A stretch of 64,000 nt of DNA from Rhodanobacteraceae bacterium (GTDB taxonomy: Bacteria > Pseudomonadota > Gammaproteobacteria > Xanthomonadales > SZUA-5), in NCBI GenBank assembly GCA_024234055.1, contig JACKOW010000005.1, positions 186,667 to 250,666 of the forward strand. The letters run 5' to 3'. The first letter of the stretch is position 1, and each line of letters begins with the position of its first letter. A program made the translations under genes and the position numbers. This document shows positions 8,843 through 19,697 of this stretch, one piece after another. A model generated the notes under the pieces. It was not told the DNA's origin, did no database searches, and was given only the letters and a program-made list of their open reading frames with translations.

Positions 8843-9583
8843 TCACGGCGGATCGAGAAAACCATCAGCCCGGAAAGTCAGCACCAGCGTATCCCGATGG
8901 CCAGCGCCGACATCCGGCTGTAGCGGTGTGGTCTCGTGGATCACGCGGGCATCATCGAGCAGCAGCGCCGCGCCAGGTTCGCTCATGGTGAAGCGCAGGC
9001 CGGCCGGGCCTTCGGCCTCGAACACCCGGGTTTCGCCGCCGCGCACGTCGCTGCGCTGGATCAGAATGACGGCGACAAAGTCGACGCCGTCGCGATGGGC
9101 ACCTTCGGGCGTGGGTCGGCCAATGCCCTCGGCGGTATCGATGCGGAACTGGTGCACTTCCACAAAGTGCACGGCCCGGCCGGCGCACTCGGCGAACAGG
9201 CGCGCCAAGCTGCTGATGATGGCCGGCAGCGCCGGTTCGGCCAGCGCTGCGGATTCGATGGCGGCGAAATGCCGCTCGAAGCCACCGTGCAGCGCGTTGT
9301 AGTCCAAGGGTTGCCAATGCGGCCGATGGACCTGTTCGGCGATGGCGCCATTGTGCGGGTCCAGCCGCAGCGAGGCATGCCGGCGCGAGCGGTAATTGCC
9401 GCCATCACGCAGATGCGGGTCCGGCGGCAGGTTGTCCCACCATCGAGCCATGGCTGCGAAGGACGGGGCATCCACGCCGGCAAGTTGCAGCAAGCGGGCA
9501 CGGCCCAGCAGCACGAAACCCTGATCGCGCAGCGTGGCCGCCGGCGTGGCATCTCCCAGAGTCCATTGCAGTGGCTGACGCAT
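8843..9583 (-). CDS. 2OG-Fe(II) dioxygenase-family protein ('2OG-Fe dioxygenase' type)
   Basis: MRQPLQWTL... with PEGAHRDGVDFV (HxD iron ligands) and VIHETTP (distal His). The family is recalled from the sequence pattern only. Start chosen at the ATG at 9583; the longer ORF (to 9748) would overlap the divergent neighbour. Confidence 0.6.
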   Translation of the reverse strand: MRQPLQWTLGDATPAATLRDQGFVLLGRARLLQLAGVDAPSFAAMARWWDNLPPDPHLRDGGNYRSRRHASLRLDPHNGAIAEQVHRPHWQPLDYNALHGGFERHFAAIESAALAEPALPAIISSLARLFAECAGRAVHFVEVHQFRIDTAEGIGRPTPEGAHRDGVDFVAVILIQRSDVRGGETRVFEAEGPAGLRFTMSEPGAALLLDDARVIHETTPLQPDVGAGHRDTLVLTFRADGFLDPP

Positions 9584-9746
9584 GTCGAGTCCTGGTGCGG
9601 AAGGCGATCGCGCTGTCTGTGGCGGCAGCGGCGGATACCGACGATAGAGCCTGAAGCGCGTCGATGCACCGGGCATGTCGCCTGGCCGCCGTTCTCGGCT
9701 ATCGTCGGTGACATCGCGGCCTGTCCAGACCGCCAGGGAGCCGACC

Positions 9747-10142
9747 ATGAATGCCTATCCGATGACCGCCCTCGTCATCCTGTTGATGTCCGTGCTGCAG
9801 ATGTGGATGGCGATGCGGGTGGGCAACCGCCGTCGCAGCAGCGGCGTCAAGGCGCCGGCCATGACCGGTGATCCGGACCTTGAACGCGCCATCCGCGTGC
9901 ATGCCAACACCGTCGAGCAGCTGGCGATGTTTCTGCCGGCCCTGCTGATCTGTGCGGGTTTCATGGGCGACCTTGTCGCCGCTGCCATCGGCCTGGTCTG
10001 GGTGATCGGCCGTATCTGGTACGCCATCGGCTACCAGCAGGCCGCCAACAAGCGTGAGTGGGGTTTTCTGGTGACCTTCCTGGCACTGGCTGCCGCGCTG
10101 CTGGTCGGCGGCTACGGCGTGGTGATGGCGCTGCTGGGCTGA
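9747..10142 (+). CDS. MAPEG-family membrane protein (glutathione-S-transferase-like)
   Basis: 131 aa with 3-4 TM helices and RVHANTVEQLAMFLP / GRIWYAIGY motifs typical of MAPEG. ATG at 9747 preceded by GGGAG. Confidence 0.75.
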   Translation: MNAYPMTALVILLMSVLQMWMAMRVGNRRRSSGVKAPAMTGDPDLERAIRVHANTVEQLAMFLPALLICAGFMGDLVAAAIGLVWVIGRIWYAIGYQQAANKREWGFLVTFLALAAALLVGGYGVVMALLG

Positions 10143-10162
10143 TCGGCATGCGGCGCTCTTGC

Positions 10163-10440
10163 AGGTCACGTTGGCCGCGCAGCGGGCTGCGTGACAAGGT
10201 GACCTCGTCGGTCCGCGCCCGCGCCTTGGACGCAACTTCCAAGAGAATCACATGTCAGGGGCAGGGGGCAAGGGGCAGGGGACCCACCCCGCCGCACGAT
10301 CTGACGATGCAGCGACCTTGGGCCCCTGCCCCCTGCCCCTCGCCCCTTTTTGTCGCGCAAACAAGCACACCGCCAAGGGCAGCCCGGACACTGGCAGTCA
10401 GGTGAAAGGTGACGCCGCCGGTCCGCGTCCGCGCCTCAAG
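10163..10440. repeat. composite intergenic repeat: REP family 4 hairpin, direct ~34-bp repeats, and a G-rich/C-rich inverted pair
   Basis: AGGTCACGTTGGCCGCGCAGCGGGCTGCGTGAC (compare 28559..28639). AAGGTGACnnnnnnGGTCCGCGnCCGCGCCT occurs at about 10197 and about 10405. GGGGCAGGGGGCAAGGGGCAGGGG (10257-10281) faces GGCCCCTGCCCCCTGCCCCTCGCCCC (10321-10346). Confidence 0.75.
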
Positions 10441-12184
10441 GCAAGCTCTCGCGCAGGCGCCTGAGCTCGGCTTCGCGTTCGATCTGGATGCGCTGCTTGG
10501 CGGCATCCTCGCTGAATCCGGTGCTGACCAGCACCCGCGCCGCCAGCTGCAGGCTGGCCTCGATGGTTTCCGGCGTCACTTCCGTGGCCCCCTGCTGGAG
10601 CAGGCGACGGCCGTGGGCACGATCGCGGGCGCGGGCGTAGATCGGCAGTTCCGGCGCGAATTGTCGCACCGCACGAACGATGTGCTCGGCCGCCTGGGCG
10701 CTGTCCATGGTCACCACCAGCGCACGGGCGGTAGCCAGATGGGCGCGCCGCAGCATGTCCAGCCTGGACGCATCGCCGTAGAACACCGGCAACGATTCCG
10801 CGCGCGCCCGAGCCACGTGCTCGGCATCGAGATCCAATGCCACATAGCTCAGACGCTCTGAGTCGAGCACCCGCGCCAGAGCCTGTCCAACGCGTCCAAA
10901 ACCGGCAATCACCACATGCCCTTCGATGCCATCCAGGGCCATCGGTTCGGGTTGAGCGTGCTCGGGCTCGCGACGAATCATGCCAGCCACCGAGCGCCGC
11001 GCGAGAGCCACCAATCCTGGCGTCAGCAGCATGCTCAAGCTGACCACGATCAGCAGGAACTGGATGTCCGACGACGGCAGCAGGGTCATCTGGCTGGCCA
11101 GGCCCAGTACCACGAAGGCAAACTCGCCGGCCTGCCCCAGCAACAAGCCGGTCTCCAGCGCCAAGGCCCGCGACAGCCCAAAAGCCCGCGCCAGCAGGTA
11201 GATGATCAGGGCCTTGGCAGCGACCAATGCCAGCAATGTCGCCAGGATGGCCCCCAGATTCGAGGCCACCAGGCGGGCATCGACGCCCATGCCCACCGAA
11301 ACGAAGAACAGTCCCAGCAGCAGCCCCTTGAAGGGCTCGATGTCGACTTCGATCTCGTGTCGGAACTCGGTTTCCGCCAGCAGCAGCCCGGCCAGAAAGG
11401 CCCCAAGTGCCATAGACAAGCCGGCGATCGCGGTCAGGCTGGCGCTACCGATGGCGATGAGCAAAATGGCCGCCATGAACATCTCCGGGCTGCGGGCCCG
11501 CGCCACCAGTCGCATCAGAGGACGCAGCAACATGCGCCCGACCACGAAGATCGCCGCCATCACCAGCAGCGCCTTTCCGAGCGCCAGCAACAAAGGGAGC
11601 AGCACGCCGCCCCCCTGCTGCGCGCCGAGCACACCGACCAGGAACAGGATCGGCACCACCGCCAGATCCTGCAGCAGCAGGATCGAAAAAGCTGCCCGGC
11701 CCAAGGGCGTGCCGAGTTGGCGGCGTTCGGCCAGCAACTGCATGACGATGGCCGTGGACGACAGTGCCAGACTCGCGCCGATCAGCGTCGCGGCGGTGGC
11801 AGAACTGCCGAGCAGGCCGGCGACCGCAGCAATCGCCAGCGCCGAGACCAGCACCTGCAGGCTGCCCAGGCCAAAGACCAGTCGCCGCAACGCCCACAGG
11901 CGTCCCAGCGAAAGCTCCAGACCAATCACGAACAACAGGAACACCACCCCGAGCTCGGCCAGGGCCCGCACGCCGGAAATCTCGGGGATGGACAGATAGG
12001 CCAGCCAGGGCCATTGCCCGGCAAACAGTCCCAGCCCGTAGGGCCCGATCAGATAGCCCACCAGCAGATAGCCCAGCACCGGACTGACACGCCAGCGGTG
12101 CAGCAAGGGCACGATGATGCCGGCGGCGATCAGGAAGAGCATGGCCTCGCGCAGATAGGGCAAAGCGGGCGTGGCGCCGTGCAT
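10436..12184 (-). CDS. monovalent cation:proton antiporter-2 (CPA2) K+ efflux protein, KefB/KefC/YbaL-like, with C-terminal TrkA-N (RCK) domain
   Basis: 582 aa. About 12 TM helices of Na+/H+-exchanger type, followed by HVVIAGFGRVGQALARVL (Rossmann GxGxxG of the TrkA-N domain). It starts 8 nt after the stop of the upstream glycosyltransferase gene. Confidence 0.9.
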   Translation of the reverse strand: MHGATPALPYLREAMLFLIAAGIIVPLLHRWRVSPVLGYLLVGYLIGPYGLGLFAGQWPWLAYLSIPEISGVRALAELGVVFLLFVIGLELSLGRLWALRRLVFGLGSLQVLVSALAIAAVAGLLGSSATAATLIGASLALSSTAIVMQLLAERRQLGTPLGRAAFSILLLQDLAVVPILFLVGVLGAQQGGGVLLPLLLALGKALLVMAAIFVVGRMLLRPLMRLVARARSPEMFMAAILLIAIGSASLTAIAGLSMALGAFLAGLLLAETEFRHEIEVDIEPFKGLLLGLFFVSVGMGVDARLVASNLGAILATLLALVAAKALIIYLLARAFGLSRALALETGLLLGQAGEFAFVVLGLASQMTLLPSSDIQFLLIVVSLSMLLTPGLVALARRSVAGMIRREPEHAQPEPMALDGIEGHVVIAGFGRVGQALARVLDSERLSYVALDLDAEHVARARAESLPVFYGDASRLDMLRRAHLATARALVVTMDSAQAAEHIVRAVRQFAPELPIYARARDRAHGRRLLQQGATEVTPETIEASLQLAARVLVSTGFSEDAAKQRIQIEREAELRRLRESLP

Positions 12185-12192
12185 TCAGATTC

Positions 12193-13833
12193 TCACGGTG
12201 AGTCGATCGCGCAACCCGGAAGCGCCGCCCGCAACTGCGCCACCCAGGCCGCCGCATCGGCAGGATCGGGCGACGGCAATGCCAGGATGCGGCGCTCGCG
12301 TTGCGACCAGCAGGCGTATCGATCGGGCCAGCGCGGTTCGGCCGGATCGTACAGATGGGCCACTTCCTCGCCAGCCAGATGCTGGAAGCGGCCTTCGATG
12401 AAACGTGTGCCCATGCCGCCGGCCAGCCGCAGATGGCGCTGTTCCAGATCCGAGGGCAGTGTCGGCAGCACCCGGTCGAGCAGTCCTTCGGCCTGCAGCG
12501 GCGGCAGGGCCACCGCACCCTGGCCGTTGCGCAGGATCACCGCCTGGCCGTCGGTCTCCGGCACCAGCAGCAGCGTGTATCCCGGATTCTGTTGCACATA
12601 GCGCGGCAAAGCGGCCACCAGCGCTGCCAGCCCGTGCTGGGCAAGACGGACCCGCGCCAGTTCGAGGGTCAACAGGGTGCCGCCGGCCAGCACGGCGATC
12701 AGCGTCAGCGTTATCGCAACGCGATGTGGCGGCGTGGGCCGGGCTTGAATCGGCGTCAGCAGCAGCGCCCCCAAACCCAGGGCAGCCCAGGCGATGGGAC
12801 CATAGCTCAGACGCCCACCCTCGCCGTGCGCCAGGAAGCTGCCCAGATTGAGGATGGTCGCCAGCACCATGCCGCCGCTGGCGGCGAATAGCGCCAGCGC
12901 CAGCCAGCGCACGCGCGGCCGATCCGGCGCGACCAGCAACAGCAGTGACGCGACCGCCAGCGCCAGCAAATACGGCAGTGACAACCACAGCGCGCCCTGG
13001 GTCAGTGCCATCCACCAGGCCGGAATCGAGCCGAGCGCCAGGCTCAGTCGCTGCAGCCAATCCACTGGCGACTGCTCTGCCCCAGGCGTCGCGTAGACCC
13101 AGAAGGCATGTCCGAACAAATGCGCGCGCCACCAGAAGAACAGCGCCAGCAGGCCGAAGCTGAGCGCCAGCGCAGCCCAGCGCGACCGCCCCAGGTGCCC
13201 CGGCCAGACCAGTGCCAGCAAGGCCAACTGCAAGGGATAGACAGCGGCAGACTCCTTGAAGCTCAACGCCAGAAACAGACAGACGGCGGTCCAGACCGGC
13301 ATCCACAAGCGCGGACCATGCCCCCCGGCTGGGCCCATCCAGCCGTAGAGAGCGCCCAGGGTCAGCAGCGTCACCCAGCCGTCAGCGCGCGCCGACAGCC
13401 AGTACACGCCCTCGGCCAGGGTCGGTGCCAGGCCGAAGACCAGCGCGGCCAGCACCGCGGCCACCAGACCCTCCATGCGCAGATGCGCGGCCAGCCGCAA
13501 CACCAGCAGCGCCACCAGCAGCGTGTTGCCCAGATGCACCAGATAGTTCGCCGCGTACCACCCGCCATAGTGGCTGCCGGCCACGGCATAGTTGGCCGAC
13601 AGACTCAGAATCGACAAGGGTCGGTAGGCCGAGCCCTCGACGGAAATCCCCTGGAAGAAACGCGCAAAGCTGTCGCTCCAGAGACGCCCCTCTTCGGCCC
13701 AGCGGAAATAGTGATGCAGATTGGTCAGATCATCGCCCAGCCAGAAGCCCCAGAATCCAGGCGCATAGATCAACGCCACCAGCAGCAGCGGCAGCAGCAA
13801 CGCCGACAGCGGAAGGCGTGCGCGCGCTGGCAT
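12193..13833 (-). CDS. polytopic membrane glycosyltransferase, ArnT/PMT (GT-C)-like; terminal transferase of the sugar-decoration module
   Basis: About 545 aa with many TM helices. The N-terminal periplasmic-loop motif FWLGDD... resembles the acidic motif of GT-C enzymes. It is the last gene of a coupled operon with GtrA and a GT2. Start ambiguous: ATG 13833 or GTG 13869. Confidence 0.6.
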   Translation of the reverse strand: MPARARLPLSALLLPLLLVALIYAPGFWGFWLGDDLTNLHHYFRWAEEGRLWSDSFARFFQGISVEGSAYRPLSILSLSANYAVAGSHYGGWYAANYLVHLGNTLLVALLVLRLAAHLRMEGLVAAVLAALVFGLAPTLAEGVYWLSARADGWVTLLTLGALYGWMGPAGGHGPRLWMPVWTAVCLFLALSFKESAAVYPLQLALLALVWPGHLGRSRWAALALSFGLLALFFWWRAHLFGHAFWVYATPGAEQSPVDWLQRLSLALGSIPAWWMALTQGALWLSLPYLLALAVASLLLLVAPDRPRVRWLALALFAASGGMVLATILNLGSFLAHGEGGRLSYGPIAWAALGLGALLLTPIQARPTPPHRVAITLTLIAVLAGGTLLTLELARVRLAQHGLAALVAALPRYVQQNPGYTLLLVPETDGQAVILRNGQGAVALPPLQAEGLLDRVLPTLPSDLEQRHLRLAGGMGTRFIEGRFQHLAGEEVAHLYDPAEPRWPDRYACWSQRERRILALPSPDPADAAAWVAQLRAALPGCAIDSP

Positions 13834-13837
13834 CGGA

Positions 13838-14221
13838 TCAACCGGCCACGCTGCTGGCAGGCGGGTCACTGAGGATGCGCCGACTCAGCAGGAAGGAGAT
13901 CGGCACATTGATGACGATGGCGATGGCTCCCGCGGTGCGCGGACCCACGCCGAGCCCGTTCATCGAAAAGTGAATGACGGCGCTGCTGAGCGCATACATG
14001 GCGAGCTGCACCACGATGTAGCCCACGGCCTTGCGTCGCCCCAGTCTGCCCTGAAACACCACCCGCGTGTGCAGAAAGTAGCCCATCGCCAGGCCAATGC
14101 AGAACACGGTGAGAAAGGCCAGCTGCGGATGCCACCAGAACACCAGCAAGCAGTACAGACCGTAGGTGATCGAGGTATTGAAGGCCCCGATGACCAGAAA
14201 CCGCATCCCCTGCTTGAGCAT
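13838..14221 (-). CDS. GtrA-family membrane protein (lipid-linked sugar translocation)
   Basis: About 127 aa with 4 TM helices. MRFLVIGAFNTSITYGLYCLLV is the typical GtrA N-terminus. The ATG at 14221 abuts or overlaps the upstream stop (TGATG). Confidence 0.85.
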   Translation of the reverse strand: MLKQGMRFLVIGAFNTSITYGLYCLLVFWWHPQLAFLTVFCIGLAMGYFLHTRVVFQGRLGRRKAVGYIVVQLAMYALSSAVIHFSMNGLGVGPRTAGAIAIVINVPISFLLSRRILSDPPASSVAG

Positions 14222-15153
14222 CAACCGGCTTCCCCGAGCAGCGCCTGGAACTCCGCGTAGTCACGGATGTAGTCGGAAGCATCGTAGGGATGCGAAGCCA
14301 GCACGAGCAGCACGGCATCGGCGCTGTAACGAAACTGCGTGCCCCAGATCATCGGCGGCACGAAGAGCCCGACATCGGGCCGGTCCAGGCGGTACTGGGC
14401 GCGTTCGCGGCCATCATCGACCAGGGCCGATACCTGGCCATGCACACACACCAGAAACTGCGCACATAGGCGATGCGCATGTTCACCACGAACTTCGGCA
14501 CTGGGCACGTCGTAGACCATGAAGCAGCGCTGCGGCACGAAGGGCAGTTCGCGGCCGACCTCGCCTGCAGCCAGCGAGCCGCGCATGTCCACAGCCCGGG
14601 TCAATCGGCGCAGTTCGACGCCGCGGACTCGCCCGGCGGCCGGCAGCGGCTCCGGTGTGCGGCTGCCCGTCTCGAGTTCAACAGCACTGGTCTGGGTATA
14701 GCCAACGATGCGCGCCGGATTGCCGACCACGATGGCATTGGCCGGCACCGAGCGCAGCACCACGGCGCCTGCGCCGACCATGGCGCCGGGGCCGATGGTG
14801 ATTCCGGGCAGCAGCGTGGCATTGGCACCGATGGAGGCTCCTCGCTTCACCCAGGTCTGGGCAAAAGCCTCGGGGCGCTGCCGGCTGCGCGGAAAGCGGT
14901 CGTTGCTGAAAGTGGCGTTGGGGCCGACGAAGACATCGTCCTCCAGGCGCACGCCGTCCCACAGCTGCACCCCGCACTTCACGGTCACCCGATCACCGAC
15001 GATGACATCGTTCTCGACAAAGACCCCGTCACAGATATTGCAGTCGCGCCCCAGCCGGGCGCCGGGCAGGACATGGGCAAAGGCCCAGATCCGGGTGCCC
15101 TCGCCCACCGCCGCGCTCTCGCACAGGGCCTGAGGATGGATAAAGGCGCTCAC
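14221..15153 (-). CDS. wxcM: bifunctional WxcM-like protein: N-terminal left-handed beta-helix N-acetyltransferase (FdtC-like) + C-terminal FdtA/WxcM sugar 3,4-ketoisomerase cupin
   Basis: The N-terminal half has hexapeptide repeats (IHPQALCESAAVGEGTRIWAFAHVLPGARLGRDCNICDGVFVE...). The C-terminal half has DMRGSL...FVPQRCFMVYDVP...RGEHAH...PPMIWG, as in FdtA/WxcM. The GTG start overlaps the upstream stop (GTGA). Confidence 0.85.
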   Translation of the reverse strand: MSAFIHPQALCESAAVGEGTRIWAFAHVLPGARLGRDCNICDGVFVENDVIVGDRVTVKCGVQLWDGVRLEDDVFVGPNATFSNDRFPRSRQRPEAFAQTWVKRGASIGANATLLPGITIGPGAMVGAGAVVLRSVPANAIVVGNPARIVGYTQTSAVELETGSRTPEPLPAAGRVRGVELRRLTRAVDMRGSLAAGEVGRELPFVPQRCFMVYDVPSAEVRGEHAHRLCAQFLVCVHGQVSALVDDGRERAQYRLDRPDVGLFVPPMIWGTQFRYSADAVLLVLASHPYDASDYIRDYAEFQALLGEAG

Positions 15154-16100
15154 GGCTTTGCTCCCGGATAGCTCTGGGCATGCATCAACACCGCCAGCGG
15201 CCGCGCCTTGGTGTTCTCGTAGGCGCGCCAGACGTAGGCCCCGATGATGCCGAGGCCCAACAGATTGATGCCGGCAAAGAATAGTATGGTCAATACCGTG
15301 GCAGCATAACCGGGCACGTTCACGGCGCCGCTCAATCGTGCCACCAGCACGACCAGACCCATCAGCATCGACAGCGACAGCCCCAGGCCACCGGCCAGTG
15401 TGAACAGCCGGATCGGCAGGTCCGAGAACGCAAATACGCTGTCCATCAGATACTTGAGCTTGGCCTTGAAGCTCCAGGCGCTGACGCCGTGCTCACGGGC
15501 CTGGCGCACATAGGGCAGGGCCTGCCGGCGGAAACCCAGCCACAGGATCTGTCCGACCAGCGAGCTGTGTACTTCGTTGAACCTCAGCAGGTGCTGCCTG
15601 AAGGCGTCATTGCAGCCAAAGACGTCGATTCCTCCTGGAGGCAGTTCCTTTTGCACCAGCTTCCGGTAGCACCACCAGAACAGCCCTGAAGCCCAGCGAT
15701 CCATCGCCGCATCCTGGCGCCCGGCGCGATGACCGACCACCACGTCAGCGCCATCGGCACGGAGCACTGCAAAGAACTCGGAGATCAGCTCGATCGGCTC
15801 CTGCAAGTCCGCCGCCATCACCGCCGAATAGGGTGTACGCACATGCGCCAGTCCTTCCCGAATCGCAGCGAAGGACCCGAAATTTCGCGACAGCAGCAAC
15901 AACTGCGACGCATGCTCCTGCGCCGGGAGTGCCGCCGCCAGCAGCGCGTGCGATGAGTCTGGACTGCCATCCACCACGCAAATGACGTCGATGCCACCAG
16001 GCGTTTGCCGGTGGAGCAGCTGCAAGCGCTCGAGCAAGGCCGGAATGTTCTCGGCATTGCGGTACACCGGAATCACCACGGTACAGTCAACGGAAGGCAT
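15150..16100 (-). CDS. family-2 glycosyltransferase, polyprenyl-phosphate sugar transferase type (GtrB/ArnC-like)
   Basis: VVIPVYRNAENI...VDGSPDSS (GT2 DxD region) plus two C-terminal TM helices, the GtrB/ArnC architecture. ATG at 16100 is preceded by GAGG. The alternative GTG at 16118 lies further inside the upstream gene. Confidence 0.85.
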   Translation of the reverse strand: MPSVDCTVVIPVYRNAENIPALLERLQLLHRQTPGGIDVICVVDGSPDSSHALLAAALPAQEHASQLLLLSRNFGSFAAIREGLAHVRTPYSAVMAADLQEPIELISEFFAVLRADGADVVVGHRAGRQDAAMDRWASGLFWWCYRKLVQKELPPGGIDVFGCNDAFRQHLLRFNEVHSSLVGQILWLGFRRQALPYVRQAREHGVSAWSFKAKLKYLMDSVFAFSDLPIRLFTLAGGLGLSLSMLMGLVVLVARLSGAVNVPGYAATVLTILFFAGINLLGLGIIGAYVWRAYENTKARPLAVLMHAQSYPGAKP

Positions 16101-17184
16101 TGACGGCCTCGATGACACGATCGAGCTCCTCGTCGTTCAGCGCCGGATGGCAAGGCAGGCTGAGCACTTCCGCCACAGCTGCTTCGGTGACCGGCAAGGA
16201 GGGCGGCGTGGCTTCACGCCAGGCGGCCTGCCAATGGTCGGGAATCGGATAGTGCACATCGCTGTCGATGCCGTGCCCGGCCAAATGGGCACGCAGGGCA
16301 TCGCGATGCACACAGCGCAGCACGGCCAGATGAAATACGTCGTCTGGTCCCGCCGCCCGCGCCAGCAGCCGGATCAGCGGGTTGCGCAACTGTCCCTGAT
16401 AGCGTGCGGCGATGGCACGTCGGCGTTCGTTCTCGGCGTCCAGATGCAGCAGTTTGACCCCGAGCACGGCCGCCTGTAGCTCATCCAGTCGGGAGTTGCG
16501 CCCGCCTGCCAGATCCACTCGGTACTTGTCGGACCAGCCATACTGGCGCAGCTGGCGCACGCGACTGGCCAGTGCTTCGTCGGCGGTGAGCACGGCGCCG
16601 CCATCGCCGATGGCGCCGAGGTTCTTGGTCGGATAGAAGCTGAAACAGGCCAGTGCGCCAAAGCTGCCAGCGCGGCGGCCCTGCCGTTGCGCGCCATGGG
16701 CCTGGGCGCAGTCCTCGATCAGGGCGACACCATGCTGCTGACAGCGCGCAGCGATGCCCTCGGCGTCGGCCATCTGGCCGTACAGATGAGTCAGCACCAC
16801 TGCCTGCGGGCGCTCCGCCAGCGCCTGCTCCAGCGCGTCGTCATCAACCAGCAGGGTGTCTGCATTGACATCCAGATAGCGCGCCCGAGCACCGCAGGCA
16901 CGGATGGCGGTGGTCGCGTACCCGCCGGCGTTGGCCACGGTCAGCACCGTCGTGCCCGGACCCACATCCAGCGCTCGCAGCGACAGCTCCAGGGCATCGC
17001 TGCCGCTGGCGACGCCGATACCATGGGCTACGCCGATGTAGTCGGCAAAAGCCTGTTCAAAGTTGGAGACCGCCGGCCCCAGCACCAGACGACCGGAGGA
17101 CAACACCGCGTCGATGGCGTCGCGCATGAGTGCCAGACAGGGCGCCTGCACGCGCGGGGAGTCAAACATCCGTATCGCTTGCAC
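16087..17184 (-). CDS. DegT/DnrJ/EryC1/StrS-family PLP sugar aminotransferase (FdtB/WxcK-like)
   Basis: 365 aa. VLSSGRLVLGPAVSNFEQAFADYIGVAHGIGVASGSDALELSL and SFYPTKNLGA (PLP lysine) are family signatures. First gene of the five-gene operon. Confidence 0.9.
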   Translation of the reverse strand: MQAIRMFDSPRVQAPCLALMRDAIDAVLSSGRLVLGPAVSNFEQAFADYIGVAHGIGVASGSDALELSLRALDVGPGTTVLTVANAGGYATTAIRACGARARYLDVNADTLLVDDDALEQALAERPQAVVLTHLYGQMADAEGIAARCQQHGVALIEDCAQAHGAQRQGRRAGSFGALACFSFYPTKNLGAIGDGGAVLTADEALASRVRQLRQYGWSDKYRVDLAGGRNSRLDELQAAVLGVKLLHLDAENERRRAIAARYQGQLRNPLIRLLARAAGPDDVFHLAVLRCVHRDALRAHLAGHGIDSDVHYPIPDHWQAAWREATPPSLPVTEAAVAEVLSLPCHPALNDEELDRVIEAVNAFR

Positions 17185-17355
17185 GACAATCCTTGGGCCG
17201 GGTATGCGTGAAATCTACAGCAAGGCAGCAGGCCTTGCCGTGCCCTCGGCCCCGGCGCCCGAGCGTCTCAAACACACTGCGTAACAATCCGGGCCAATGA
17301 ATGTCATGTGAATGCGCCTAGAATACCGGCCCCCTTGCTGGCGCCGATGCCCTCC

Positions 17356-19518
<2,163 letters not shown>

Positions 19519-19565
19519 GCCTCAGGGGCGCGCATGACATGCGCGCCTTGCCGGGCGCATCGGCG

Positions 19566-19690
19566 TGCGGCCTTTGTAGTACCGAGCTTGCTCGAGCTTG
19601 CTCGGCAGGATGTGCGGCTTTACGGGCATGCGGAAGGCGCCAAAGCCCAGCAGGAGCAGCGGAGCAAGCTCCGCTCTACGACAGCGGCGG
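19566..19690. repeat. single inverted copy of the 119-bp REP unit seen at 6262..6700
   Basis: The reverse complement reads GTAGAGCGGAGCTTGCTCCGCTGCTC...CCGCACATCCTGCCGAGCAAGCTCG(AGCAAGCTCG)GTACTACAA. This is nearly the same as 6335-6440. Confidence 0.85.
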
Positions 19691-19697
19691 TGTGCGG

